NCBI GenBank assembly: GCA_963698365.1
Contig: CAVOQM010000015.1
Span: 9,586 to 73,585, forward strand
Direction of reading: 5' to 3'
DNA from: an uncultured Alphaproteobacteria bacterium
GTDB taxonomy: Bacteria; Pseudomonadota; Alphaproteobacteria; Rhizobiales; Stappiaceae
Length of the DNA: 64,000 nucleotides
In this document: piece by piece, positions 33,698 through 43,740 of the stretch
Layout of the letters: every line of letters begins with the position of its first letter
Numbering within the stretch: position 1 is the stretch's first letter
The notes under the pieces: generated by a model
The model's input: the letters and a program-made list of their open reading frames with translations, nothing else
What the model was told of the DNA's origin: nothing
Databases searched by the model: none
Translations under genes and position numbers: made by a program

Positions 33698-34177
33698 TTA
33701 CTTCTTCAGCAGCTCAGCCGGATCGGCGTCCTTGACCTTGCCCCAGTGATTGGAGGCTTCAACGATCTTGCCGTTGGTGTCTTCGCTCCACAGCTCGACG
33801 ACCTTCGGGGACAGGTTGAGGTACAGCTTGCCGTCAACGATCTTCCACAGTTCCGGATCGCCGTCGAACTTCAGGCCGAGCGACATGCCGAAAGCGCAGA
33901 ATCCGCCGTACTGCGGAGCGTACTTAGCGGGCTCAGCGTCGAAAGCCTTCTTGTTGTCTTCCGAAGCGAAACGGTAGACAGCGCCGTTGTATACGGAGGT
34001 GATTTCGACCTGGCCTTCTTCCGGGTGACCGGCCTTGAAGTAGGAAACCGGGTCCACGCCGCGCAGCGCCAGGCCAGTGGTGGTGGCGTTGACGTCAAAA
34101 CCGGCAGCCCAGGCGCCAGAGGTCATGCTAACAGCGAAAGCAGCAGCGACGAGGCCGCCACGGATAAAGTTCTTCAT
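33698..34177 (-). CDS. Secreted YHS-domain (seleno)protein family member, Cys form
   Basis: Signal peptide; G.DPVSYF, YAPQYGGFCAFG, W.IVDGKLYLN. Confidence 0.88.
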   Translation of the reverse strand: MKNFIRGGLVAAAFAVSMTSGAWAAGFDVNATTTGLALRGVDPVSYFKAGHPEEGQVEITSVYNGAVYRFASEDNKKAFDAEPAKYAPQYGGFCAFGMSLGLKFDGDPELWKIVDGKLYLNLSPKVVELWSEDTNGKIVEASNHWGKVKDADPAELLKK

Positions 34178-34581
34178 TGAGGTATCCTCTCAAGCTTTTC
34201 ACGGACCGCAGAAACACTCGCGCATTCCAGGTAAACCGTGATAATGTACTGATCAGTTCCAAATCGACTGCCAAAAACGATTGCATTGACAACCGACTTC
34301 GGAACGGCAAACTACAATTTGGAACCAAGCGGTACAAAACACATAAGCGTGAGGGCGCGGTAATTGTTCCCCTGTTTTTCTTCACGCCACCAACAGCCTG
34401 AAGACGTTGGGTTAGGGGTAAGACAGGCTGACACACTTCCCGAAAATCCCGGGCCGGGGATCCCGGGTGGATGCGCAAGCTTTTTGTGTGTTGCCGGAAT
34501 GTTGAAAAACCTGCCGTTCTGTTGATGGAGCGGGATCTGTGATGAAGGATCCGCATCCGTTTCAGGAAATAGAGAGACCGG

Positions 34582-35169
34582 ATGGCGAGACCAAGGGAAT
34601 TTGAAACCGACGCAGCGCTTGAAATGGCCATGCAGGTGTTTTGGTCGAAGGGCTATGAGGCGACGACCCTTCCCGATCTGCTGGACGCCATGGGCATTTC
34701 CCGAGGCTCCTTCTACAAGGCCTTTCACGACAAGCGTTCGGTCTATTTCGCCACGCTGGAGCGTTACGACGTCACCCGTGTCGGCGTCACGGTCAAGGCG
34801 CTGATGGACAGGGAAAAAGGCCGCGGCAAGGATCGTATCGCGGAGTTGTTCACCGCACTGGCGGCAAACGACGGGCGAGAGGGATGTTTTCTCTGCAATG
34901 CGGCAATCGACCGCGCCCCGCATGACCGCGAGGTGGAGACGAAGGTCAATACCATGATTTCCCGCCTGGAGCGGGCCTTCGGCACCGCCCTGCTCGACGA
35001 CCGAAGCGACCTTCTGCCTGAAATTCTGCGGGGCACGGCGCGGTCGCTGGTCGTCAGCTATATCGGCCTGCAGGTTCTCGGCACTTCCGGGCTGAACAAC
35101 CAGATCGCCGGTGATTGCCTGAAACAGGTTCTCAAGATGTTGAACGACGTGGTCGGCGGCGCTGCGTGA
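34582..35169 (+). CDS. TetR family regulator (NemR/ComR-like)
   Basis: MARPREFE, FWSKGY, RGSFYKAF.DK, GCFLC. Confidence 0.9.
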   Translation: MARPREFETDAALEMAMQVFWSKGYEATTLPDLLDAMGISRGSFYKAFHDKRSVYFATLERYDVTRVGVTVKALMDREKGRGKDRIAELFTALAANDGREGCFLCNAAIDRAPHDREVETKVNTMISRLERAFGTALLDDRSDLLPEILRGTARSLVVSYIGLQVLGTSGLNNQIAGDCLKQVLKMLNDVVGGAA

Positions 35170-35179
35170 TTGAGCCGGC

Positions 35180-35734
35180 TCAAACTGGCAGAGGCATCAA
35201 TTCCTTTTCGAAATAATAGCGGCGGATGCCTCCGCCGATCGTCTTGTTGCTCGCCTCGTTGGCGATTTCCTCGCGCACTTGCCGATAGCCGGAACGCCGG
35301 TAGAAGGCCAGCGCGGCCTGCTGCAACTGCGATGTGCTGAGCACGAGGCGCGAGCAGCCCGCGCTCCGGCATTCGTCTTCGGCGTGGCCGAGCAACGCTG
35401 CCGCCACACCGCTGCCGCGCTTCGTTCGATCCACATACATTCGGCGCAGTTCCATGGCGCCCTCGCCCGCAGGTTCCAGTCCGAACATACCGACGAGCAG
35501 CCCGTCCATAATCGCGACATAAAAGCCGCCGCCGCGTTCGCCGTAATAGGCCTCGATCCGGTCGATTTCCTCGGCAAGCGACATATCGATATAGCCCTCG
35601 AATGCCGCTTCCTGTCCTTCCGGCGCAAGTTCCCGATTGATCGCAATGAACATCGCCCGCACGCCGGCGGCGTCGGAAGGCTGAAACCGGCGCATGAAAA
35701 GTGCCTGCATTGTCCCTGCTCTATTCTCGTTCAT
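35180..35734 (-). CDS. GNAT family N-acetyltransferase
   Basis: ELRRMYV...RGSGVA, A.AFY...GY. Confidence 0.85.
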   Translation of the reverse strand: MNENRAGTMQALFMRRFQPSDAAGVRAMFIAINRELAPEGQEAAFEGYIDMSLAEEIDRIEAYYGERGGGFYVAIMDGLLVGMFGLEPAGEGAMELRRMYVDRTKRGSGVAAALLGHAEDECRSAGCSRLVLSTSQLQQAALAFYRRSGYRQVREEIANEASNKTIGGGIRRYYFEKELMPLPV

Positions 35735-35809
35735 TGAAAACCCCGGCGTGGCTTGCGTCGGCCGGGATTATCATTTCCACTTCATGCTGCGAGGTCAAAG
35801 GGCATCCGA

Positions 35810-36442
35810 TCACGGTATCGGGATCGCCGCCTTGTCGCCAAAGACTTTCCACGCTCGAGAGACCGCCGGCCTTGCGGCAATATTCACATACCAGCGCCTG
35901 ACGTTTTCAAAGTCGTTGAGGTCGATTTTCTGGAATGGATGACGCGAGACCCAGGGCCAGATCGCCATGTCGGCAATCGTATAGTCGTCACCCGCCACAT
36001 AAGGCGCTTCCGCCAGCCGCGTGTTCAATACTGCGTAGAGGCGCTTCGCCTCAGTGCCATAACGCTCAGCCGCGTAGTCGGATTTGCCCGGTGCATAATG
36101 CAGGAAATGCATGGCCTGACCGAACATCGGCCCGACGCCGCCCATCTGCCACATCAGCCATTGCATCGCCGTCCACTTGCCGGTTTCGTCTTCCGGCATG
36201 AATTGACCTGTCTTTTCCGCGAGATAAAGCAGGATCGCGCCGGATTCAAACAGGCTCAGGCCGGTATCGCGGTCGGCTATGGCGGGGATCTTGTGATTGG
36301 GCGAAAGCCTGGCGAAATCCCCACCGAATTGCTCGCCCTTGGTCAGGTCGATCGGATGAGCCACATAGGCGAGGCCCATTTCCTCAAGCGCGATTGCGAC
36401 CTTGCGGCCGTTGCCGGTGGTCCAGCTGTAGAGATCGATCAT
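35810..36442 (-). CDS. Glutathione S-transferase (YfcG-like)
   Basis: TGNGRK, PNHKIPA, FESGAILLYL, WQMGGVGPM. Confidence 0.9.
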   Translation of the reverse strand: MIDLYSWTTGNGRKVAIALEEMGLAYVAHPIDLTKGEQFGGDFARLSPNHKIPAIADRDTGLSLFESGAILLYLAEKTGQFMPEDETGKWTAMQWLMWQMGGVGPMFGQAMHFLHYAPGKSDYAAERYGTEAKRLYAVLNTRLAEAPYVAGDDYTIADMAIWPWVSRHPFQKIDLNDFENVRRWYVNIAARPAVSRAWKVFGDKAAIPIP

Positions 36443-36506
36443 GAAAAGCTCCAGGCAGTAGATAAAGGGCGGGAAAAGCGCGGCGACAACCCGCGCATTT
36501 TCCGCC

Positions 36507-36884
36507 TCAGTCGTTCTTCAAGTCGTAGTGGAAGACTTTGGAGATGATCCGCCAGTTGCCGTCCGTCCGCACGAAAGCAAGAAAATCGGTGAAGAATTTC
36601 GGCCCTATGGAGAGTTCCACCCTGGCGAAGGCCATGTCCGGCCCGCCGAATTCGATCCCAATAATCCGGTCGGCGCGCGGCTCGCCAAGACCAGCCGGCG
36701 AAGGGCGCGCGTCGACAATGGGGAAATACTCAGCCATCGTCAGCTGCCGCAAGGGCTTATCCGTCGGGCATACGTAAACCGCATCCGGATGGAACACCTT
36801 CGCCAGCCGGATGGTATCGCTGTGATAGAGCCCGTCGAAATAGACCTGCAAAGCCTCCACGACTTCGGCATATCTTGCGTCCAT
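36507..36884 (-). CDS. NTF2-like (putative lumazine-binding) protein
   Basis: YFDGLY, FHP.A, IEFGGP..A, W.IISKVF. Confidence 0.85.
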   Translation of the reverse strand: MDARYAEVVEALQVYFDGLYHSDTIRLAKVFHPDAVYVCPTDKPLRQLTMAEYFPIVDARPSPAGLGEPRADRIIGIEFGGPDMAFARVELSIGPKFFTDFLAFVRTDGNWRIISKVFHYDLKND

Positions 36885-37148
36885 GTCTCTCGCCCTCCTG
36901 CCATGACAAAGCCGCGCGGCGCCCGCCGCAATCTTTGCTCCGCAAGGCCCGGAACCGGACGAAACCGGGCCCTGCGGGGCGTTCCGGGCGTCGCGAAATC
37001 GTCAATCCGCCACGCCACGTTCGGATTACAGCTAAATTCGTTGGTATCCTTTGTAAACCAGATATCCTTATGATATCGAGTTTTCCGATTTCCAACCGGT
37101 AACCCAATGAGCGGGCGGAAATGCCTCCAACCCGAGAATGAGGCCATC

Positions 37149-37568
37149 ATGGCATTGAAGATACGCAAGAACCGCAGCCCCGAACCGCCTCAGCCATGCG
37201 CCCTGACAGAATGCATGGCGATCATCGGCGGTGCCTGGACGACCAATGTGATCTGGAGCCTCAGGGCCGGGCCACGGCGATTCAGCGAGCTTCGGATCGA
37301 TATTCCGCCGGTTTCGCCAAAGGTGCTGACGGTGCGGCTACGGGAGCTGGAAGCCGGTGGCATCATCCTGCGCAAGGTCAAGCCGACCTCGCCGCCCTCG
37401 GTGGAATATTCGCTGACCGCCCACGGCGAACAGCTGGTTCCGGCAATTGAGGCCATCGTCGCGGTCGGCCACAAGATCAAGACCGAAAGGGCCAATCGCG
37501 ACGAGAGCGGCGAATTGCTGCCGGATGCGAATTCGGAGGCGGAAAACCCGCAAAGGCGAGCCTCGTGA
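37149..37568 (+). CDS. HxlR family winged-helix regulator
   Basis: N-terminal Cys (PCALTEC), IGGAW, RRFSEL, PPSVEYSLT. Confidence 0.88.
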   Translation: MALKIRKNRSPEPPQPCALTECMAIIGGAWTTNVIWSLRAGPRRFSELRIDIPPVSPKVLTVRLRELEAGGIILRKVKPTSPPSVEYSLTAHGEQLVPAIEAIVAVGHKIKTERANRDESGELLPDANSEAENPQRRAS

Positions 37569-37622
37569 ACCGTCTTCAGCATTGCAAATAGATGGCCGAG
37601 TACGCTTCAGCGCGGTAGCCGG

Positions 37623-37997
37623 TCAGGCCGGTGTAGTGTGGAAGATCTTGGTCAGGAGCCGCCAATGGCCGTCGACCTTCATCAAGGTCACGAGATCCAC
37701 ATAAGCGGTGGAACCGAGCACGCCGCTGATGCGGGCGATTGCGGTGTTCGGGCCGCCGAATTCGATCGAATGCACCGTTCCGTTCTTGGTTTCGCCCTTG
37801 CTTGCCGGCGATTCGCGCGTGGCCAGAACATCCACATATTCGGCGGTGCTGCGGGTCATGATCCCGCCTGCGTCGGTCGACATGGCATAGAGTGCGGCCG
37901 GGTGAAACAGATCGGCGATCCGTTTTTCGTCAGCGTGATACAGGGCGTCGAGATAAACGTCGAGCGCTTCCAGGACTTCCGAATAAGCCTCGTTCAT
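37623..37997 (-). CDS. NTF2-like (putative lumazine-binding) protein, paralog of 36507..36884
   Basis: YLDALY, FHP.A, IEFGGP..A, W.LLTKIF. Confidence 0.85.
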   Translation of the reverse strand: MNEAYSEVLEALDVYLDALYHADEKRIADLFHPAALYAMSTDAGGIMTRSTAEYVDVLATRESPASKGETKNGTVHSIEFGGPNTAIARISGVLGSTAYVDLVTLMKVDGHWRLLTKIFHTTPA

Positions 37998-38178
37998 CGC
38001 AGGCTCTCCTCTTTGATTGACCGAAAAAGTCTGAGGCAGAGCTAAGAGCCGAGGTTTGCGATGTAAACCTGATATCCTTGTGATACCGGCGTTTCCAGTT
38101 TCCTGCCGGTAACGCGTTTTCCGCCTGTTGCGCCACCTGCCGAAGCCCATCGCCGGGCTTCGTTTCGGCAGGATACAA

Positions 38179-38751
38179 TCAACCGACGGCGTCGAGCAGC
38201 CATCGCTCCGTCGCCAGAAAAAGCTCCGGTTGTTTGGTTGCGATTGCAAGGATCATCGAGCCTTGCAGGCTGCCAAGGACAACTGAGGGCTCGATGCCGC
38301 TTGCCACCTTGCCGTTGCCATCTGCGCTCTTTGAGTAAAGAGCGGTTCTGGTCCATCCCGTCAGCCAGTTGAAATAATCTTCGACCGCATTGGAGAGAGA
38401 CGGCGGCAGATTCAGCGCTTCGCTTCCAAGCACGCAGGCAAGGCACACCTTGCCCTCGTCGATAGCCCCGGTCCTATAACCTCGGCAAAGCCTGGCAATT
38501 CTGTCGCGAATGCTGTCGGAAGGATCATCGGCAGGTCCAAGCGCGGCGGCGAAACGATCACGATAGCGGCTGATGACCGCTGCGCCAAGATCGACTTTCT
38601 GGGGGAAATGATAATGCACGCTGGCGCTTTTGATGCCCACGTCAGCGGCTATGTCGCGGTAACTCACCGCATCGAAGCCACCCGCGCGCATACGCGATTC
38701 CGCCACGTCCAAAATCTCGACAGCCTTGCCCTGATAGCCTTGTGAGGTCAT
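38179..38751 (-). CDS. TetR family regulator
   Basis: GFDAVSYRDIAADVGIKSASVHYHFP.K; CLAC. Confidence 0.9.
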   Translation of the reverse strand: MTSQGYQGKAVEILDVAESRMRAGGFDAVSYRDIAADVGIKSASVHYHFPQKVDLGAAVISRYRDRFAAALGPADDPSDSIRDRIARLCRGYRTGAIDEGKVCLACVLGSEALNLPPSLSNAVEDYFNWLTGWTRTALYSKSADGNGKVASGIEPSVVLGSLQGSMILAIATKQPELFLATERWLLDAVG

Positions 38752-38811
38752 GGCGCAATTTATCTATCAGCAGATAGGTATTGACAAGCAGATTGTGCTT
38801 CGTCATTTTGC

Positions 38812-38829
38812 CTACCTATCGATAGGTAG
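38812..38829. promoter_or_regulatory. Candidate TetR operator
   Basis: Perfect 18-bp palindrome ctacctatcgataggtag; related tatctatc-agca-gataggta at 38761 abutting a TTGACA at 38781. Confidence 0.7.
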
Positions 38830-38871
38830 ATTATCAGTGCCTGAATATCTCAAACATCTCAAGGAGTTGAC

Positions 38872-39499
38872 ATGAAGGTCTATGAATTCAAGGGCTTCGC
38901 CAATCCGGCCCGCGTTCGTATCGCACTGGCCGAGAAGGGCCTTTTCGACAAGGTCGAGTTCGTCCATGTGGACGTTCTGGGCGGAGAGCACCGCACCCCG
39001 GAGTTTCTGGCCAGAAACCCGTCGGGCGTTGTTCCGGTGCTTGAACTGGAAGACGGTACCCAGCTTTCGGGAATCCACCGCGATCACCGAATATCTCGAC
39101 CAGCTTTCCGGCGATTTGACCCTGACCGGCAAGACCGCCCGGGAGCGCGGCTATATTCACATGCGCCAGCGCAAGATCGAGACCGGCCTGCTGGAGGCGG
39201 TTTCGCATTTCTTCCACCACGCGACCGACGGCCTCGGCCCGCAGAACTACGCCCACAAGAACAAGGAATGGGGCGAATATCAAAAAACCGTCGTCCTGAA
39301 GACCATGAAGGCGATGGACGACTATCTTGCCACCCACGAGTTCCTGGCGGGCGATACCTTCACCATAGCCGATATCACCGGCATGGCCGGATTCGCCTTC
39401 TGCGACTTCGTCAAGATCGAGACACCGGCGGAACTCGCCAATCTCAATGCCTGGAAGGCGCGCGTTTTCTCGCGCCCAAGTGCTGCCGTCGCCGCCTGA
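38872..39499 (+). CDS. Glutathione S-transferase family protein; apparent +1 frameshift near 39070
   Basis: NPARVRIALAEKG, VPVLELEDG; removing one G gives LSESTAITEYL...FTIADI. Confidence 0.85.
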
Positions 39500-39649
39500 C
39501 CGGAGCGATCACGCGCAGTTGCCTCGTTCGGCGGTTCGTACGGGGTAAATTGCCTTGAGAGAAAAACGCACCAATTGCCGTAAAATTCTTCCTTGTTTGC
39601 GGCGATGAGGCGTAAAAACTGGACAACCGATTTCCAAGGACAAGCCGCC

Positions 39650-40330
39650 ATGCAATTGAATGCCGATTTTTCCAAACGCGTCTGCGTCCACTCCGACCAG
39701 CTTGAATGGCGCGCATCGCCAATCGCCGGCGTCAGCCGGCGCATGCTCGACCGCATCGGCGACGAAGTCGCCCGCGCAACCACCATCGTTCGCTATGATG
39801 CAGGCAGCCAGTTTTCCTCCCACGTCCATACCGGCGGCGAGGAGTTCATCGTGCTTGAAGGCGTCTTCCAGGACGAACACGGCGATTTTCCAGCCGGCAC
39901 CTATGTGCGCAATCCTCCGCAGTCGAAGCACACGCCGGGTTCGGAGCCGGGCTGCGTCATCATGGTCAAGCTCTGGCAGTTCGACCCGAAAGACCGCACC
40001 CATATCCGCATCGACATGAACAAGATCGGCGCCGTCCCGCAAGAAGGCAGGCCGGGCGTCTCCGTCTCCCCGCTCTACAAGGATGAGCGCGAGGATGTGC
40101 GGCTGGAAATCTGGCAGCCGGGTGCGGATGTGACGGTGGAAGCCGATGGCGGCGCCGAGCTCTTCGTGCTCGATGGCACATTTGAGGAAGGCGGCGATAC
40201 ATTGGCCAAGAATTCCTGGCTTCGCGTTCCAGTTGGCGGCAAAGCCGTGGCGAAGGCCGGTCCGGACGGCGCAAGGGTCTGGATCAAGACCGGTGGCCTG
40301 CGCTTCGTAGAGCCTCCGAAGGCGCAGTAA
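39650..40330 (+). CDS. ChrR-like cupin domain protein
   Basis: [35 protein letters not shown]. Confidence 0.88.
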   Translation: MQLNADFSKRVCVHSDQLEWRASPIAGVSRRMLDRIGDEVARATTIVRYDAGSQFSSHVHTGGEEFIVLEGVFQDEHGDFPAGTYVRNPPQSKHTPGSEPGCVIMVKLWQFDPKDRTHIRIDMNKIGAVPQEGRPGVSVSPLYKDEREDVRLEIWQPGADVTVEADGGAELFVLDGTFEEGGDTLAKNSWLRVPVGGKAVAKAGPDGARVWIKTGGLRFVEPPKAQ

Positions 40331-40554
40331 CGACAACAACCCGCGGTTCGACAAGCGGCGTCGACCTTTCAACCAGCCCAATCAACCTGCAGAGATAAGT
40401 GGGAAGCCGGCGAAAATCCCTGCCGGCGTCCGCTCCCAGCTTCCTTCCGTGATTTCAGGCGACTGGGGGCACTGCGCACGTCGCTAAGGGAAATTTGGCA
40501 GGCCCGCCCTCCACACTCTGCCAATGCGCGTATTATTGTGTCGGAATTCGCCCG

Positions 40555-41340
40555 CTATTTCATTTTCCTTTTCAGGGAAATGGCAACATTGGCGATCAGC
40601 ATTCTTGCGCTCTCCATCACTCCAAAGCTACCGAGCCTGTAGCGGAATGCCCGCCACGTCTCACCCTTGACCCGGGAAAAACGCTTTCTCGCCGGTAAAG
40701 ACCGCGGGCCCGAGAGCGCATCGATTGACGAATCGAAAATATTCGATCTGATCGGAGGCGGCAGGACACCGTAGGTGACCACACCATGCTCCCATGGCCT
40801 TCGAAGATCCTCATCCACCGCCCTGAACCGTATTCCGGCATAGCGTAGAAACTTCTCCGCGCCCTTGGCATTGACAAGATATGCACCCGTGTTGTTCGGA
40901 ACTCTCCAATAGCGGACCACACGCGAACCCGATGGCAGCCGGGAGACCGTCGTGGCGGCCGATTTCGCCGGATTGCTGAGCCTTATTATTTCCCAGTCGC
41001 TCGGCAATTCAGAGAGCTCGTTCAAAAGCGTTCGCAAATCGTCGGAGAACTCAAGGTCGTCTTCCAGCACCAGGACAGGCGATTGCATTTTCTCATCGAC
41101 AATACGTTTGTGAATCAAAAGATGGCTTGCGTAGCAGCCGATTTCGCCGGCGCTCAAGCCGGCATATGCTCCGTTACCCTCGCCTTGAAAATAGTGCGAA
41201 AGCGCCGCCGGAACGGAATTTCCCATAACGGCCGGCACCCGTTCAAAGGAAACGCCATACCGCTCCAGTTGCTCGCGCATATATGCGAGCCGATCCCCAT
41301 CGCGGTCGAGATTAATAAGAAACGCTCTGAAACCTTGCAT
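40555..41340 (-). CDS. Glycosyltransferase family 25
   Basis: INLDR..DR, GEIGCYASH, VLEDD, TGAYLV. Confidence 0.88.
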   Translation of the reverse strand: MQGFRAFLINLDRDGDRLAYMREQLERYGVSFERVPAVMGNSVPAALSHYFQGEGNGAYAGLSAGEIGCYASHLLIHKRIVDEKMQSPVLVLEDDLEFSDDLRTLLNELSELPSDWEIIRLSNPAKSAATTVSRLPSGSRVVRYWRVPNNTGAYLVNAKGAEKFLRYAGIRFRAVDEDLRRPWEHGVVTYGVLPPPIRSNIFDSSIDALSGPRSLPARKRFSRVKGETWRAFRYRLGSFGVMESARMLIANVAISLKRKMK

Positions 41341-41359
41341 TGAATTTGGGACCCAAACC

Positions 41360-42244
41360 TCAGATCAAAATCCAGCCGACCGGGCATACATCGTCCACAT
41401 AGACCTTGCGCATTTCAGCGCGCGAGAACCATCGTCTCGGCCCAATCACCTGCTTTGCGGCATTATGTCCGAGCCAGGCACCCCACCAGCTGAAGCTCGA
41501 ATTGGCGATCACGTGATTAGCGCAGGCCGTCATCAGGTAAAGATCCTGCTCGCGCGTATGGCCGGAAACGAGCGTCCGGTTTTTCCAATGGCGCGTCAGT
41601 TCGTCCGCCGCCTCGATATCGTCGCTGAACACCATGAACCGGCAGTCCGGCATCAGACGTCTCATGATTTCATAGGCGCGATTGTAATAGTCGCCGGTCA
41701 AAAGACCGTGCACCTCCGTCACATTCGCCCGGCTTGCGTAATCGCCTCGCCGGATATGCACCGAAACGCTTTTTTGATCCGAAGCCGCTTCACGAAGGCC
41801 GCCGTCAATACTGGCCGCCACATGATCGAGCGAATAAAGCGCGCGAATATCCGCCGCGCAATCGGCGAAAAACTGTTCCGACTGGAAATATCCGTTCAGG
41901 TAAGTCCCCGGCTTGATCGCGCCGAAATCATCTGCGCTGCAAAAATTCACCTGCCGGTAAACAGGCCCGGGCCACAACTTCTCCAGCTTCTTGCGGCTAT
42001 CCTTGCCACGCACCCCCTGAAGAAACCGGTGAGCGGCGGCTTTAGCCCCGCTTGGCTGCCAAACCTCTGTTTCAAGGTTGAACAGCCCCAGGCCGAAGGC
42101 CGTATGCGCTTGGGACATCTCAACCGGATCGACGAGAAGCCCGACGCCCAGACGCTTCGCCAGCGCATGACCTGCGGCATATTGGAACATCTGATTACCG
42201 AGCCCGCCCCAGATGCGGACGCAGATTTCACAGGTGTCGGGCAT
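41360..42244 (-). CDS. Alpha-1,2-fucosyltransferase (GT11)
   Basis: GGLGNQMFQYA, GYFQS, VHIRRGDY, FSDD, ANSSFSWWGAWL. Confidence 0.93.
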   Translation of the reverse strand: MPDTCEICVRIWGGLGNQMFQYAAGHALAKRLGVGLLVDPVEMSQAHTAFGLGLFNLETEVWQPSGAKAAAHRFLQGVRGKDSRKKLEKLWPGPVYRQVNFCSADDFGAIKPGTYLNGYFQSEQFFADCAADIRALYSLDHVAASIDGGLREAASDQKSVSVHIRRGDYASRANVTEVHGLLTGDYYNRAYEIMRRLMPDCRFMVFSDDIEAADELTRHWKNRTLVSGHTREQDLYLMTACANHVIANSSFSWWGAWLGHNAAKQVIGPRRWFSRAEMRKVYVDDVCPVGWILI

Positions 42245-42358
42245 AAATATTGATCACCTTCATACGCAACAGGTCTGCGCCCATCTGTCATCACCGTAAC
42301 AACATGCAGTATAAACAATAAACCTATCGCCAGATGCCAAATCATGGCGATTTTGTTG

Positions 42359-43078
42359 TTAATTACAATCAATAATATTATGATAAAGTCTTTTCAGTAT
42401 TCCACGTTTCTTTTTAAAATCTATTTCTTCAGGCTTCTTATTATCCGAGATGAATTCATCCTTAACGTAAAGAGCGTCTCCCCAATACCGACTTGGCCAA
42501 TGCGTTAGCATTCGCGTATATCCGACTTCCAACAGAAAGGAGTCGATTTCCTCGACAGTAGCCGAGCCCTTGTATTGTGTCTTTCTGTTTAGCTCCGAAA
42601 CGATAAAATCGAACTGGCGAAGTTTACTGCCAGCCCCGCGAAGAACTTCCAGCTCATACCCTTGTACGTCGATCACAAGGAAATTGAATTGATCCTCTTC
42701 CGGTAAATACTCCGACAATAGATCGACAATGACCGTTTCCTTTCCGATAAACCCGATTTTTCGCTGCATTTTGCGGTCCATGGCAGGCTCAAGAATCGAA
42801 CTTGAGGCGCCGTCGTTCGTGGAAATGTTGATTTCGACCGACCCTTTTTCCGACCCTAGTGCTACGTTGAAAACTTCGATCGAAGCCAAGTTCCGATATC
42901 TGGCCGCATTCTCCGTCAACCGTTGAAAGGGCTCTTTCAGCGGTTCAAACAGCATTAGTTTCAATATTCCGGCGTCGATATAGGATTTCAGCTCAGTGGC
43001 ATCATTGGCGCCAACATGCACAAGGCCTTTGATGGCAATACCGAATTCTTTCGATATTTCTGAGAGATCAAATGTCAC
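42359..43078 (-). CDS. FkbM family methyltransferase
   Basis: HVGAN, FEPL, IDVQGYELEVLRGA, WGDALY. Confidence 0.88.
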   Translation of the reverse strand: MTFDLSEISKEFGIAIKGLVHVGANDATELKSYIDAGILKLMLFEPLKEPFQRLTENAARYRNLASIEVFNVALGSEKGSVEINISTNDGASSSILEPAMDRKMQRKIGFIGKETVIVDLLSEYLPEEDQFNFLVIDVQGYELEVLRGAGSKLRQFDFIVSELNRKTQYKGSATVEEIDSFLLEVGYTRMLTHWPSRYWGDALYVKDEFISDNKKPEEIDFKKKRGILKRLYHNIIDCN

Positions 43079-43740
43079 CTGTCACGATCCTTCGGCGTGT
43101 ATGGGCTAGTTTTATCCGGCGTCAAACAGCATTTGCGAGTGGACCGCAAAGCTATGATCATTCATTGGGCGATATCCGCCAGCAGCATCATGTTTATGGT
43201 ATATGCTTAGTAACCGACAATCGAAAATCAACGGGAGCTCACCATACATTTTATCGGCGCATGGATAAACACCACCACGATGTTTCAGGCCACCGTTTGC
43301 GAGGCGCGGATACCGGTCAGCGGGTGCGCTGGCCGCACTACCGACAGTTCATCGAATTCATATAGCAGGAAATTTTTCATTTCCTTGAACGCCGAGACAG
43401 CAATCCAATTTTTTCGCAAAAATTGGCAACTTCCACCGACGGTCATCTCGCCCTGCCTCCGCCGATCCATTTGCCGCATACTTCGGAGCCCACAATTTCA
43501 ACGATTGCTGCAGGGATGCAATCAAACCGACTTTCCGGCACATCGCCAATCGACGACCCATACACTTTCCCACCGGCGTCCGAATCGCCGCAATCGTCGA
43601 CTAACGACCAGAAGGCGAGCCAAACCCATTTTTCACCAGACTTGGCGCCCCATCTTTCTTCTGAAATACTTCACAATAGGTATATTCTTGATTCTTCTCT
43701 CCAAGGTTTTTAGATCTTGCTGAGATTTTCTTATTTTCTT

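Noticed and set aside
33698-34177. Selenocysteine in the YHS protein
   Set aside because: The site GGFCAFG is an ordinary Cys codon and the ORF has no in-frame TGA
40395-40500. Cobalamin riboswitch-like gggaagccggcgaaaatcc
   Set aside because: Lacks the downstream conserved B12-box elements and lies between convergent gene ends, not in a 5' leader
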